This document shows, piece after piece, positions 22,099-31,959 of a stretch of 64,000 bases of DNA (position 1 is its first letter; the number at the start of each line of letters is the position of its first letter). The notes under the pieces are model-generated. The model ran no database searches, was not told the origin of the DNA, and was given only the letters and a program-made list of their open reading frames with translations. Both the position numbers and the translations under genes were made by a program. Source of the stretch: an uncultured bacterium (GTDB lineage: Bacteria; SAR324; NAC60-12); assembly GCA_965662235.1 (NCBI GenBank), contig CBFIGY010000001.1:288001-352000 (forward strand), given 5' to 3'.

Positions 22099-24684
22099 AT
22101 GGAAAAGCAAGTATGGCTCTTCACGGAAGGACGTCGAGACGATCGCCTGTTGTTGGGAAACAAGGGCGCGAATTTATGTGAGATGACCTCAATTGGACTT
22201 CCGGTCCCGTTTGGATTCATCCTGACCACCCGAGTCTGTGCCGATTATGCCCGCTTGGGGCGATTGCCGGATGGGGTGATGGATGAGGTCTGGGAGGCCA
22301 TGAAGGAGGTGGAGCAGAAGCACCACGCTCGCTTTGGCGATGCCTCTCACCCACTTCTGGTTTCCGTTCGCTCCGGAGCCCCTGTCTCCATGCCCGGCAT
22401 GATGGACACCGTCCTTAACCTGGGCCTCAATGAAACCACCGCCCGCCTCTGGGCAGAAACCTCTGGCAATCCCCGCTTCGTCTATGACGCCTACCGACGC
22501 TTCATTCAGATGTACGGAGACGTGGTCGAAGGCATGGGCGCTGAGCCCTTTGAAGAAGTCTTGGATGCCTACAAGAGCGACCGCGGGTTCAAGAGCGACC
22601 TGGACCTGAGCGCCGAAGACCTGCAGGCCATTGCTGCTCGGTATCGAGAAATCCTGACCCCTCCGGATGATCCACGGGAGCAGCTGGAACGCTCCATTGA
22701 GGCGGTCTTCCGTTCCTGGAACAACAACCGCGCCAAGCGTTACCGTCGCATTCATGACATTCCGGAAAGCCTAGGGACTGGAGTGATTGTGCAGGCCATG
22801 GTTTATGGAAACCGTAGCCTCAATTCCGGAACGGGGGTCGCTTTCACCCGCAACCCGGCTACGGGGGAACGCCTCTTCTATGGCGAGTACCTCATGAACG
22901 CTGAGGGCGAGGACGTGGTGGCCGGCATCCGGACCCCGGAGCCCCTAGAGACCCTCAAGCGCGACCTTCCGGATCTTTACGCCCAGCTCTTCCGAATGCA
23001 GCAGACCCTGGAAATGCACTACCGGGACATGCAGGACCTGGAGTTTACCATTGAAGAGGGCAAGCTGTGGATGCTTCAGACCCGAACCGGAAAACGGACC
23101 CCTAAGGCGGCAGTCAAGATTGCCGTCGACATGGTGGAAGAAGGACTCATCAAGGAGCGGGAAGCCCTCAAGCGCATTAACCCCGACCAGATGGACTATT
23201 TCCTCCACCCCATGATTGACCCGAAGGCAGACCGTACCCTTCTGGCGAAGGGCCTTCCAGCCAGTCCCGGAGCTGCGACGGGTCGGGTGGTGTTCTCTGC
23301 AGATGACGCCGAAGCCTGGGCAAACCGAGGCGAGGAGGTCATTCTGGTCCGCCGAGAAACGACTCCGGAAGACATCCACGGCATGAAGGCCGCCAAGGGC
23401 CTCCTGACCGCTCTCGGGGGCATGACCTCTCACGCGGCTGTGGTGGCCCGGGGGATGGGAAAGTGCTGCATTGCGGGGTGCGGGGACATCACGGTGGATG
23501 CGCAGGGAAAGCGCTTCACGACTGAAGGCGGCGCCTCCATTGCCGAGGGCGAAGTGATCACGCTTGATGGCACCACCGGCGAGGTGATGGCTGGAACCGT
23601 TGCCACCGTCAGTTCTCAATCGGACCCCGACTTCCAAACGGTGCTGGAATGGGCCGATCGCTACCGGCGGCTCCGTGTCCGGGCTAATGCGGAAACTCCG
23701 GAAGATGCCGCAAAGGCACGCGAACTGGGAGCTGAAGGCATCGGACTCTGCCGGACGGAACACATGTTCTTTGACGCAGAGCGGATTGACGTTGTCCGGG
23801 CCATGATCCTAGCGGATACGACGGAGGAGCGTCAGCGGTCCTTGGATCGCCTCCGTGGGTTCCAGAAGTCCGACATGCGCCAGCTCTTCGAGATCATGTC
23901 CGGATTGCCGGTCACGATTCGGTTGCTGGACCCCCCGCTGCACGAATTCTTACCGCAGACAGAAGAGGAACTGAACGCGCTGGCCGGACGTCTGAAGCTG
24001 GACCCAGCCACGGTGCAGAAGCGGGCGGAGGAGCTTAAGGAGGTCAACCCGATGCTGGGACTCCGTGGTTGCCGCCTTTCAGTGGCTCAGCCGGAAATCA
24101 CCCGCATGCAGGTGGATGCAATTCTCTCCGGAGCCCTTGAGGCTCAGAAAGCCGGACACGAGGTGCATCCGGAGATCATGATTCCCCTTACGGTGGCCCG
24201 GAGCGAGCTGGACACAGTGACCCACTTGGTTCGGGAAACGGCGGAGCAGGTCTTTGAGCACGCGGGGGCGCGGATCGATTATCAGCTAGGGACGATGATG
24301 GAGACCCCCCGGGCCTGCCTGCGTGCTGAGATGTTTGCCGAGGTGGCTGAGTTCTTCAGCTTTGGCACCAATGACCTTACGCAGATGACCTACGGCTTCT
24401 CCCGGGATGACGTTGGGAAATTCCTCCCGGCGTACCTAGAACAGAAGATTCTGGAAAATGACCCCTTCGCTGTCCTTGACCAGCGAGGTGTGGGCGCGTT
24501 GATCATGATGGCCATTGAGGCAGCCCGGAAGGTCAACCCGACTCTGCACATGGGCATCTGTGGAGAACACGGGGGCGAGCCTCGGTCCATCCGCTTCTGT
24601 CATGAAATTGGCTTTGACTACGTCTCCTGCAGTCCATACCGCATTCCCATTGCGCGGATTGCTGCTGCTCAGGCCCTGCTCTGA
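22099..24684 (+). CDS. ppdK: Pyruvate, phosphate dikinase
   Basis: LGNKGANL, SMPGMMDT, GGMTSHAAVVARG phospho-His, GLCRTEHM and FGTNDLTQ motifs; GGAGG RBS before ATG 22099. Confidence 0.97.
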   Translation: MEKQVWLFTEGRRDDRLLLGNKGANLCEMTSIGLPVPFGFILTTRVCADYARLGRLPDGVMDEVWEAMKEVEQKHHARFGDASHPLLVSVRSGAPVSMPGMMDTVLNLGLNETTARLWAETSGNPRFVYDAYRRFIQMYGDVVEGMGAEPFEEVLDAYKSDRGFKSDLDLSAEDLQAIAARYREILTPPDDPREQLERSIEAVFRSWNNNRAKRYRRIHDIPESLGTGVIVQAMVYGNRSLNSGTGVAFTRNPATGERLFYGEYLMNAEGEDVVAGIRTPEPLETLKRDLPDLYAQLFRMQQTLEMHYRDMQDLEFTIEEGKLWMLQTRTGKRTPKAAVKIAVDMVEEGLIKEREALKRINPDQMDYFLHPMIDPKADRTLLAKGLPASPGAATGRVVFSADDAEAWANRGEEVILVRRETTPEDIHGMKAAKGLLTALGGMTSHAAVVARGMGKCCIAGCGDITVDAQGKRFTTEGGASIAEGEVITLDGTTGEVMAGTVATVSSQSDPDFQTVLEWADRYRRLRVRANAETPEDAAKARELGAEGIGLCRTEHMFFDAERIDVVRAMILADTTEERQRSLDRLRGFQKSDMRQLFEIMSGLPVTIRLLDPPLHEFLPQTEEELNALAGRLKLDPATVQKRAEELKEVNPMLGLRGCRLSVAQPEITRMQVDAILSGALEAQKAGHEVHPEIMIPLTVARSELDTVTHLVRETAEQVFEHAGARIDYQLGTMMETPRACLRAEMFAEVAEFFSFGTNDLTQMTYGFSRDDVGKFLPAYLEQKILENDPFAVLDQRGVGALIMMAIEAARKVNPTLHMGICGEHGGEPRSIRFCHEIGFDYVSCSPYRIPIARIAAAQALL

Positions 24685-24713
24685 GGGCATAACGACTTTC
24701 CCTCTTTCCTCTT

Positions 24714-24737
24714 GGCGGTAGCCTCCGGGTTGCCGCC
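24714..24737 (+). terminator. Stem-loop downstream of ppdK
   Basis: GGCGGTAGCC-TCCG-GGTTGCCGCC, a 10-bp stem with two G-U pairs. Confidence 0.5.
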
Positions 24738-24890
24738 GCTCTTCGCTTCAGGCTGATCTCAGCCAACCTTCCCCAGAGTTCCCGGGTTTCCGGACACATC
24801 ATTGCTGGCACTTCCGGACTTTTCGCGGTAGCGTGAATTTCGACCTTTTTTTCACGGGGCGTTTGTCCCGACTTCATTTTGAGGAAATTC

Positions 24891-26957
24891 ATGATCATTG
24901 GTGTTGACGTCGGTGGAACCTTTACCGATGTGTTTTTTTTAGATGAGGCTCAGCAGACCATTCGTGTGGCCAAGGTTCCTTCCACGCCAGCAGATCAGTC
25001 GGTTGGCTTCCTCGAAGGCCTCCACGCGCATGCTCCTCAGCTGGGTCAGGTCAAAACGGTGGTGCATGGAACAACAGTGGGAACCAACGCGCTGCTCAGC
25101 CGAAATGGAGCGAAGACGGGCCTGCTCACAACACAGGGCTTCCGGGACGTTTTGGAGATGCGCCGCCGTGACCGTCCGCAGACGTGGGGCCTGTGGGGGC
25201 AGTATGAGCCGGTGGTGCCCCGCAACCTGCGCCTAGAGGTGCCGGAACGCGTTTTGGCAGATGGCACCCTCCACACGGAGGTGGACCTAGATGCAGTAGA
25301 AGCCCAGGTTCAGGCGTTGCAGGAGAAGGGCGTGGAGGCCGTCTCTGTGTTCTTCATCAACGCCTACGCCAATCCGGAAAACGAACGACGGGCTGTGGAG
25401 CGCGTCCGAGCGCTGTGGCCCAATGCTCACGTCAGTGCCAGCCACGAGATTCTTCCAGAGATCCGGGAGTTTGAACGCATCTCGACCACCACCTTGAACG
25501 CGTACCTGCAACCGAAGGTCAGCCGTTATCTGGAGAACCTCAACGAGGGCATGCGCTCCGAAGGGTTTGCCGGCGAGCTATTGATTGTGCAAAGCAATGG
25601 CGGGGTGATGAGCGTGGGGACCGCAGAGCAGTTTCCGGTCCGGACGGCACTGTCGGGTCCTGCTGCGGGGGTGATTGCCAGTGCATACATTGGGGCTGAA
25701 GCGGGTTTTCCTAATGTGATCAGTTGCGACATGGGCGGCACCAGCTTCGATGTTTCCTTGGTGAATGGCGGAGAAAGCGCCCTGGCGGCACAGACGTCCA
25801 TTGGCTTCGGCATGGTCGTCCGGACTCCGATGATCCAGATCACAACCATTGGCGCCGGAGGCGGTTCCATCGCTCACGTCGACCGTGGAGGTCTTCTAGA
25901 GGTGGGACCTGAGTCGGCAGGATCCGACCCCGGACCCGTGTGTTACGGACTCGGCAACACGCGCCCCACGGTCACGGATGCCAACGTGGTGCTTGGACGC
26001 ATCAACGCCGACCGTCCGATTGGCGGAAAGCTGGACCGCTTGGACGTTGAGGCCGCAAAAGCCGCCATCCAGGAACACGTTGCTGCGCCACTGGGGCTGG
26101 AGGTAATGGAGGCGGCTGAAGCCATCATCCGGGTGGCCAACTCGAAGATGGCGGGCGCCATCCGTCTGGTGTCCATTGAACAGGGGCACAACCCACGGGA
26201 GTTTGCGGCCATGCCGTTTGGCGGCGGTGGCTCCTTGCACGTCTGTGCGATGATCCGGGAAGTGGGGCTGGCCAAGGCGCTGGTGCCGCGCTACCCGGGG
26301 GTGACCAGTGCTCTGGGCTGCGTGATTGCGGACATGCGCCACGACCGGGTCCAGACCTTCAACACCCTGCTGAGTCAGCTGGATGAGGCGGCGCTGAAAG
26401 ACGCCATGGACGCTTTTGCACAGGAGGGAATGCGGCTGCTGCAAGCGTCTGGAGTGGCCTTCGAGGGACAAGAGGTTCGCTTTGAATTGGACATGTCTTA
26501 CCTCGGACAGACCCATACCGTTGAGGTTCCGATCGTCCAGCAAACCGTCCCAGAAGCGGGAACCGCGCTGAGCTTTGCGGTTTCGGCGTCTCACATTCAG
26601 GACGCATTTGAATCACGCTATCGCGAAATCTATGGACGGACGCTGGAGAACCTGCCCATTCGGTTGCTGAACCTCCGGGGCGCCGTCATTGGCAAGCGTC
26701 CCAAGCTGGACCTGACCTTACTGGCGCCAGACGAGGGGGCGACTCCAGAGGCTTGTCGCATCGGGGAACGCTCGGTGTGGGTGGAAGGGCGTTGGCAGAC
26801 GGCGGTCCGTTACGAGCGCCTGCGCCTGCCCATTGGCACCCGGATTGTGGGGCCGGCTCTGTTTGAGCAGCCGGACACGACCATCTTCCTGGAACCTGAC
26901 ATGACAGCCGAGGTCGATCGTTTCGGTAACCTCATCATTCATCCAGAGGCATCATGA
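24891..26957 (+). CDS. Hydantoinase A / 5-oxoprolinase ATP-binding subunit
   Basis: GVDVGGTFTD, HGTTVGTN, SGPAAG, DMGGTSFD, GAGGGS and PTVTDAN motifs. Confidence 0.93.
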   Translation: MIIGVDVGGTFTDVFFLDEAQQTIRVAKVPSTPADQSVGFLEGLHAHAPQLGQVKTVVHGTTVGTNALLSRNGAKTGLLTTQGFRDVLEMRRRDRPQTWGLWGQYEPVVPRNLRLEVPERVLADGTLHTEVDLDAVEAQVQALQEKGVEAVSVFFINAYANPENERRAVERVRALWPNAHVSASHEILPEIREFERISTTTLNAYLQPKVSRYLENLNEGMRSEGFAGELLIVQSNGGVMSVGTAEQFPVRTALSGPAAGVIASAYIGAEAGFPNVISCDMGGTSFDVSLVNGGESALAAQTSIGFGMVVRTPMIQITTIGAGGGSIAHVDRGGLLEVGPESAGSDPGPVCYGLGNTRPTVTDANVVLGRINADRPIGGKLDRLDVEAAKAAIQEHVAAPLGLEVMEAAEAIIRVANSKMAGAIRLVSIEQGHNPREFAAMPFGGGGSLHVCAMIREVGLAKALVPRYPGVTSALGCVIADMRHDRVQTFNTLLSQLDEAALKDAMDAFAQEGMRLLQASGVAFEGQEVRFELDMSYLGQTHTVEVPIVQQTVPEAGTALSFAVSASHIQDAFESRYREIYGRTLENLPIRLLNLRGAVIGKRPKLDLTLLAPDEGATPEACRIGERSVWVEGRWQTAVRYERLRLPIGTRIVGPALFEQPDTTIFLEPDMTAEVDRFGNLIIHPEAS

Positions 26958-27574
26958 AGCTGACCCTTTCACAAGAACGTCCTGAAACACTGGCGTTGGT
27001 GCTGGTGGACCTGCAGAACGACTTCATTCACCCGGAGGGCGCCTATGGCCGAGCGGGCCAGAAAGCCGAGGCCATTGCCGCACTTCCGGAGCGCTTGCAG
27101 CCGCTGCTGGAGGCGGTCCGCCGCAAAGGAGGTTGGATCGTTTCCACGCACTTTACTCTGGTTCCGGGAAAAGGTGGGGAGCCCTTTATTTTGGATCACC
27201 TCAAACAGCTGCGGCCTTTTTTGGGAAAAGGAGATTTTGCTCCGGGCTCATGGGGACAGCAGCTGGTGGACGAACTGCAGCCTGCTGACCTGAGCGTGGA
27301 GAAGGTGGCCTACAACGCCTTTTACATGAGCCGCTTGGAGTGGGTGCTGCGAAGGGCAGGAGTCGAAGCCTTGCTGTTTGCTGGAATTGTCACGAACGGA
27401 GGAGTGTCTTCCACTGTCCGCGAGGCGCATGTCCGGGACTTCCGGACCGCGGTCCTCAGTGATGGATGCGGGGCCTTCTCTGAAGCCACCCACGAGGCGT
27501 CCATCCAGGACCTTTCCACCATCTCCACCATCATGACCTGTGCTGAAGCCACTCAGGTGCTGGAGGCCGCATGA
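26954..27574 (+). CDS. Isochorismatase-family hydrolase lacking the catalytic Cys
   Basis: VDLQNDF and EKVAYNAF motifs; GIVTNGGV in place of GxxTxxCV. Confidence 0.88.
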   Translation: MKLTLSQERPETLALVLVDLQNDFIHPEGAYGRAGQKAEAIAALPERLQPLLEAVRRKGGWIVSTHFTLVPGKGGEPFILDHLKQLRPFLGKGDFAPGSWGQQLVDELQPADLSVEKVAYNAFYMSRLEWVLRRAGVEALLFAGIVTNGGVSSTVREAHVRDFRTAVLSDGCGAFSEATHEASIQDLSTISTIMTCAEATQVLEAA

Positions 27575-28974
27575 GTGTGCTTTCGGCAGAAGGGGTGACC
27601 TTTGAGGTGTACGTGCCGGTGCTGGTAGTGGGAGCCGGGGCCTGTGGGCTGACGGCTGCCTTGGCCGCTGCCGAGCAGGGAGTGGAGGTGCTGGTGCTGG
27701 AACGCGATCCCAAGCCCAGTGGCTCCACATCCCTCTCTTCGGGACTCATTCCTGCGGCGGGAACCCGCTGGCAGCAGAAGCTCAGCGTCCGCGACTCTCC
27801 GGAGCAGTTTGCCGCGGACATTCAGCACAAAGCCAAGGGGCAAGCGGAAGCCGACTTGGTCGCTCGCATGACCACCCAAGCGGGTCCGACCCTGGAGTGG
27901 CTGGCAGATTCGCATGGGCTCGAGTTTGAGCTGCTCCAGGGATTTCTGTATCCCGGACACACCGTGCTGCGCATGCATGCCGTTCCGGAGCACACGGGCA
28001 CGGCTTTGCTCCAGCGCCTGCTGGCGGCAACCCGTCCTCACTCCATTGATGTTCTTACGGAAGCAACCGTTGCGGACCTGTTTGTGGATGATCAGCAGCG
28101 GATCCGAGGAGTCCGGGTGGTGCGTCCAGATGGTTCCACAGAAACCGTTGGTTGCGCGGCGCTGGTGCTGGCCTGCAATGGTTATGGCGGCAACCCGGAA
28201 CTGCTCCGGCGATTCATTCCGGAACTCGCTGGGATGGAGTACTTTGGGCACACCGGCAACCAGGGAGACGCGGTGCTGTGGGGTGAGTCTTTAGGAGCAG
28301 AGCTTCAGGACATGGGGGCTTTTCAAGGGCATGGCTCGGTGGCTCATCCGCACGGGGTGCTGATCACCTGGGCGTTGATGATGGAGGGCGGCATTCAGGT
28401 CAACCTGAACGGAGAGCGGTTTTCTAATGAACACCAGGGCTACTCGGAGCAGTCTGTTTCGGTGTGGGCACAACCCGAACACCTTGCCTGGAACCTCTAC
28501 GATGAGCGCCTCCACCAACTGGGACGGGAGTTTGATGATTACCGTAATGCCGAATCAATGGGGGCCATCCTGCAGGCTGCTGACGAAGCGGAGCTGGCTC
28601 GGGTGACCGGGCTTCCGGAAGCGACTCTGCGGCAAACCCTGGAAGACACCCGGCGTTTTCAGGCACAGGCCGCGACCGATCCGTTTGGCCGGAATTTCTC
28701 TGAGAAGCCGGGACTGCAGCCGCCTTATTATGCAGTGAAGGTGACCTGTGCCCTCTTCCACACGCAGGGGGGACTTCGTGTTGATGAAGAAGCCCGGGTG
28801 ATGCGGGCAGATGGCTCAGGCCTGCCCAATCTGTTTGCTGGCGGTGGGGCCGCCCAAGGGGTGTCGGGACCTGCGGTGTGGGGGTACTTGTCCGGAAACG
28901 GGTTGCTGACGGCGGTGACCCTAGGGCGTCTAGCAGGCACAGCCGCCGCTCAGGTTGCGCACGCCGCCGCTTAG
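27571..28974 (+). CDS. FAD-dependent oxidoreductase (FAD_binding_2; TcuA/ketosteroid dehydrogenase/flavocytochrome-like)
   Basis: GAGACG dinucleotide fold, GSTSLSSG, VNLNGERF, HTQGGL and GNGL motifs. Confidence 0.88.
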   Translation: MSVLSAEGVTFEVYVPVLVVGAGACGLTAALAAAEQGVEVLVLERDPKPSGSTSLSSGLIPAAGTRWQQKLSVRDSPEQFAADIQHKAKGQAEADLVARMTTQAGPTLEWLADSHGLEFELLQGFLYPGHTVLRMHAVPEHTGTALLQRLLAATRPHSIDVLTEATVADLFVDDQQRIRGVRVVRPDGSTETVGCAALVLACNGYGGNPELLRRFIPELAGMEYFGHTGNQGDAVLWGESLGAELQDMGAFQGHGSVAHPHGVLITWALMMEGGIQVNLNGERFSNEHQGYSEQSVSVWAQPEHLAWNLYDERLHQLGREFDDYRNAESMGAILQAADEAELARVTGLPEATLRQTLEDTRRFQAQAATDPFGRNFSEKPGLQPPYYAVKVTCALFHTQGGLRVDEEARVMRADGSGLPNLFAGGGAAQGVSGPAVWGYLSGNGLLTAVTLGRLAGTAAAQVAHAAA

Positions 28975-28982
28975 CCAATGAG

Positions 28983-30617
28983 CTAGGAGACCAATCCCAA
29001 CTCCCGGTCACGGGCCACGGCTTCAGGGCTCCGTTCCTCTGGATTCCCGTAGCCTCCTCCTCCTGGAGTCTCCAGCCGGAGACGCTGCCCCTTCTTCAGC
29101 TGAATTCCCACCATCTTGGATGCCATGGGAGGCTCATGGAAGCCATCTGCTTGCTCATAGTAAAAACGGTTGGGCGCAGCCGCCTCCCCTCCCACCACTC
29201 CGGGAGGGGCGTAACGTCCCCGCTCGCCAAACAGAAACACGTCCGCTTGCTCTTCCAGAAGCTCCAGCTCGTAAATGGCGCCCAGTCCGCCGCGATTCCG
29301 CCCGGCACCTCCTGAATCAGGTCGCAGCGCCCACTGTGTGAAGCGGACCGGGTAAGCGGCTTCCAGGATTTCCAGAGGCGGAATGGTGGCTGTGGAGATG
29401 GGAGCGTTTCCGTGGTTGAGCCCGTCTCCTTCCGGATGCCCTCCGTGCCCGCCTCCGAAAAAGGAGAACATCACCCAGCGACGTCCGTCTTTGCGGAACC
29501 CTGCTAGGGAAAGGGCGTTGATGGTGCCATACGCGCAGCCGTTGGAGCGTTCCGGAGCCACCTGCGCAATGGCCTGGAAGACCACGTCGATGACGCGCAG
29601 AATCGTTTCTGTGTAACCGCCTACCGGTTTCGGGGCCTTGGCGTCGAGCAGGCTGCCGTCTGGAATGATGAACTCAATGGGCTCCAGAACCCCGGAGTTG
29701 GCCGGAACTTCCTGAAAGAGGTGCTTGAGCGCCACGTAGCACGCGGCGATGGTGGTGGACCGCGAGATGTTGACAGGCCCGGCGCAGGCCGCGGAGGTAC
29801 GGGAGAAGTCGAGCACCATGGTGTCGCCGGAGATGGTCAGGTCCAGTCCCAGCCGCAGGGGCTCATCGCGGATGCCGTCGTTGTCGAGGTAGTCTTCACA
29901 GGCAATGGAGCCATCCGGAAGTTCTTCTAGGTTGGCACGCATGAGCTGCTCCGCCCGGTTCTTCAGCTCCCGAAAGGCCTGCTGCACCGATTCAGGTCCG
30001 TACTCCTCCAGAAGGGTCCGGAGGCGCTTCTCCCCAAGGTCCAGCGCATTGAGCTGTCCATTGAGGTCGCCATAGAGGCTTCCGGGCTGCCGGGAGTTGC
30101 ACTGCAGGATGTCAATGATGTCTGGATTCAGTTCTCCCTGCCGGATCAGCCGGACGGGGGGAATGTGCATGCCCTCCTGAAAGCTTTCTGTGGCAACAGG
30201 ATTGTAGTTGCCAGGAACGTTGCCTCCGACGTCATGCCAGTGCCCAACGGAGGCCAGGTAGCAGAACAGCTGCCCCTGGTGAAAGAACGGGCGGACCAGC
30301 TTGAAGTCAGAAAGGTGCGTGCCTCCTTCATACGGGTCATTGAAGATCCAGGTGTCGCCTTCCTGAATGCCTCCCCGCTGGGCGGACTTGTCAATGACCG
30401 CCTTGACCGCAAAGGCCATGGCGCCGACAAAAACCGGCAGTCCGGACTTTCCCTGAATCAGCGTCTCGCCGGTGAAGGCGTCATAGAGGCCATGAGACGC
30501 GTCATGGGCTTCCGCGATAATGGGGTTGAAGGCGCTCCGGAAGAGCGTCGCGTCCATTTCGTCAGCAATCTGCTCCAACCGTCCCTTGAGGACAGCGAGG
30601 GTTACGGGGTCCATCAT
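28983..30617 (-). CDS. Hydantoinase B / 5-oxoprolinase catalytic subunit
   Basis: MDPVTL, NDPYEGGTHLSD, HWHDVGG, DSGGAGRNRGG and TPGGGGYG motifs. Confidence 0.93.
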   Translation of the reverse strand: MMDPVTLAVLKGRLEQIADEMDATLFRSAFNPIIAEAHDASHGLYDAFTGETLIQGKSGLPVFVGAMAFAVKAVIDKSAQRGGIQEGDTWIFNDPYEGGTHLSDFKLVRPFFHQGQLFCYLASVGHWHDVGGNVPGNYNPVATESFQEGMHIPPVRLIRQGELNPDIIDILQCNSRQPGSLYGDLNGQLNALDLGEKRLRTLLEEYGPESVQQAFRELKNRAEQLMRANLEELPDGSIACEDYLDNDGIRDEPLRLGLDLTISGDTMVLDFSRTSAACAGPVNISRSTTIAACYVALKHLFQEVPANSGVLEPIEFIIPDGSLLDAKAPKPVGGYTETILRVIDVVFQAIAQVAPERSNGCAYGTINALSLAGFRKDGRRWVMFSFFGGGHGGHPEGDGLNHGNAPISTATIPPLEILEAAYPVRFTQWALRPDSGGAGRNRGGLGAIYELELLEEQADVFLFGERGRYAPPGVVGGEAAAPNRFYYEQADGFHEPPMASKMVGIQLKKGQRLRLETPGGGGYGNPEERSPEAVARDRELGLVS

Positions 30618-31468
30618 TCGTACGTCTTTCCTTCTTCAAGTAGCAGTTGGGTTCCGAGCAGCTCATTGAGTTGGGTGAAGTTGAGCATTTCCTCCTGGAA
30701 CGGTTCCGTGGTTCCAAACGTTTTCAGGGACGAAAAGTAGCGCTGGGCCATGTGGGTAAGGGCGCGGACAAAGCCTCCGGGAAAGATCACCAGCGAGTAG
30801 CCGATCTGCTCCAGCTCAGAAGCCGGAAGCAGCGGGGTCTTCCCACCTTCCACCATGTTGGCCATGGTGGGGAGGCGTGGACCAAAGCGCTCATTGACCA
30901 GCCGCATCTGTCCGGTGGTGTTCAGGGCCTCAACAAAGAGCAGGTCGACTCCGGTGGCCACATACGCTTCTGCGCGGTCCAATGCGGCTTCTAGTCCCTC
31001 CACCGCAACGGCGTCGGTGCGGGCGATGATCAGGGTCTGATCGGACTGACGGGCATCCAACGCGGCCCGGAGCTTTCCCACCATCTCATTTGTGGGAATC
31101 AGGGTTTTGTCCTTCAGGTGCCCGCAGCGTTTGGGAAAGGTCTGGTCCTCCAGCTGAATGGCCGAGGCCCCGGAGCGTTCCAGCAGGCGCACCGTCCGCT
31201 TGGTGTTGAGGGCGTTGCCGAATCCGGTGTCAGCATCCACCACCAGCGGCAAGGAGGTCCGCTCTCGGATGAGCCCAACGGTATCAGCAACCTCTGTCAG
31301 TGTGACCAGTCCGAGGTCTGGGCGTCCGTGCCGGGTGTACGCGACGCTGGCGCCAGAAAGGTAGGCGGCTTCGAAGCCAGCCTGCTCCACCAAGACGGCC
31401 CCGAGTGCGTCATAAATCCCGGGCGCCACGACAATGCCGGTTTCAGAGAAGCGGGATTTCCAGGTCAT
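30614..31468 (-). CDS. Isocitrate lyase/PEP mutase family C-C lyase (methylisocitrate/2,3-dimethylmalate lyase-like)
   Basis: YLSGA, DADTGFG, EDQTFPKRCGH, ARTDA and NMVEGGKTP motifs; real start ATG 31468 overlaps the stop of the upstream gene. Confidence 0.9.
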   Translation of the reverse strand: MTWKSRFSETGIVVAPGIYDALGAVLVEQAGFEAAYLSGASVAYTRHGRPDLGLVTLTEVADTVGLIRERTSLPLVVDADTGFGNALNTKRTVRLLERSGASAIQLEDQTFPKRCGHLKDKTLIPTNEMVGKLRAALDARQSDQTLIIARTDAVAVEGLEAALDRAEAYVATGVDLLFVEALNTTGQMRLVNERFGPRLPTMANMVEGGKTPLLPASELEQIGYSLVIFPGGFVRALTHMAQRYFSSLKTFGTTEPFQEEMLNFTQLNELLGTQLLLEEGKTYE

Positions 31469-31959
31469 GTTCCCTTTTGGTTGAGTTTCCGTGCCAGGTG
31501 CGGCACCAGCCCGCCGTCTTCCAGCATGGCCATGAGGAATTCCGGAACCGGCACACAGCGGACGGTCTCCTCGGTGGTGTGGTTGCGAATCTGTCCCGCC
31601 CGAGGCTGCACTTCCAGTCGGTTTCCTTCCTGAAAGCGTGAGACCTCCGGACACTCCAGCACCAGCAGTCCTAGGTTGTAGGCGTTGCGCTGAAAGATTC
31701 CGGCAAACGATGGTGCAATGACGGCAGCGACCCCTAGGTGCACCAGCGCCTGAGCGGCTTGCTCGCGAGACGAGCCCATCCCAAAGTTTTTCCCGGCCAC
31801 CAGGAAGTCTCCTGCTTCCACCTCTGCAGCAAACTCCGGACGCAGCCCCTTCAAGCAGTGCTGAGCCAGTTCCTCCAAGGGACTCTTCATGAGTGCTCCG
31901 GGCGCCAGCTGATCGGTGTCGACGTTTTCTCCAAAGACCCAGACCTTTCCGTAAGGCAT
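31465..31959 (-). CDS. LeuD/DmdB-type hydratase-isomerase small subunit
   Basis: NVDTDQ, NFGMGSSREQA and SFAGIFQRN motifs. Confidence 0.9.
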   Translation of the reverse strand: MPYGKVWVFGENVDTDQLAPGALMKSPLEELAQHCLKGLRPEFAAEVEAGDFLVAGKNFGMGSSREQAAQALVHLGVAAVIAPSFAGIFQRNAYNLGLLVLECPEVSRFQEGNRLEVQPRAGQIRNHTTEETVRCVPVPEFLMAMLEDGGLVPHLARKLNQKGT

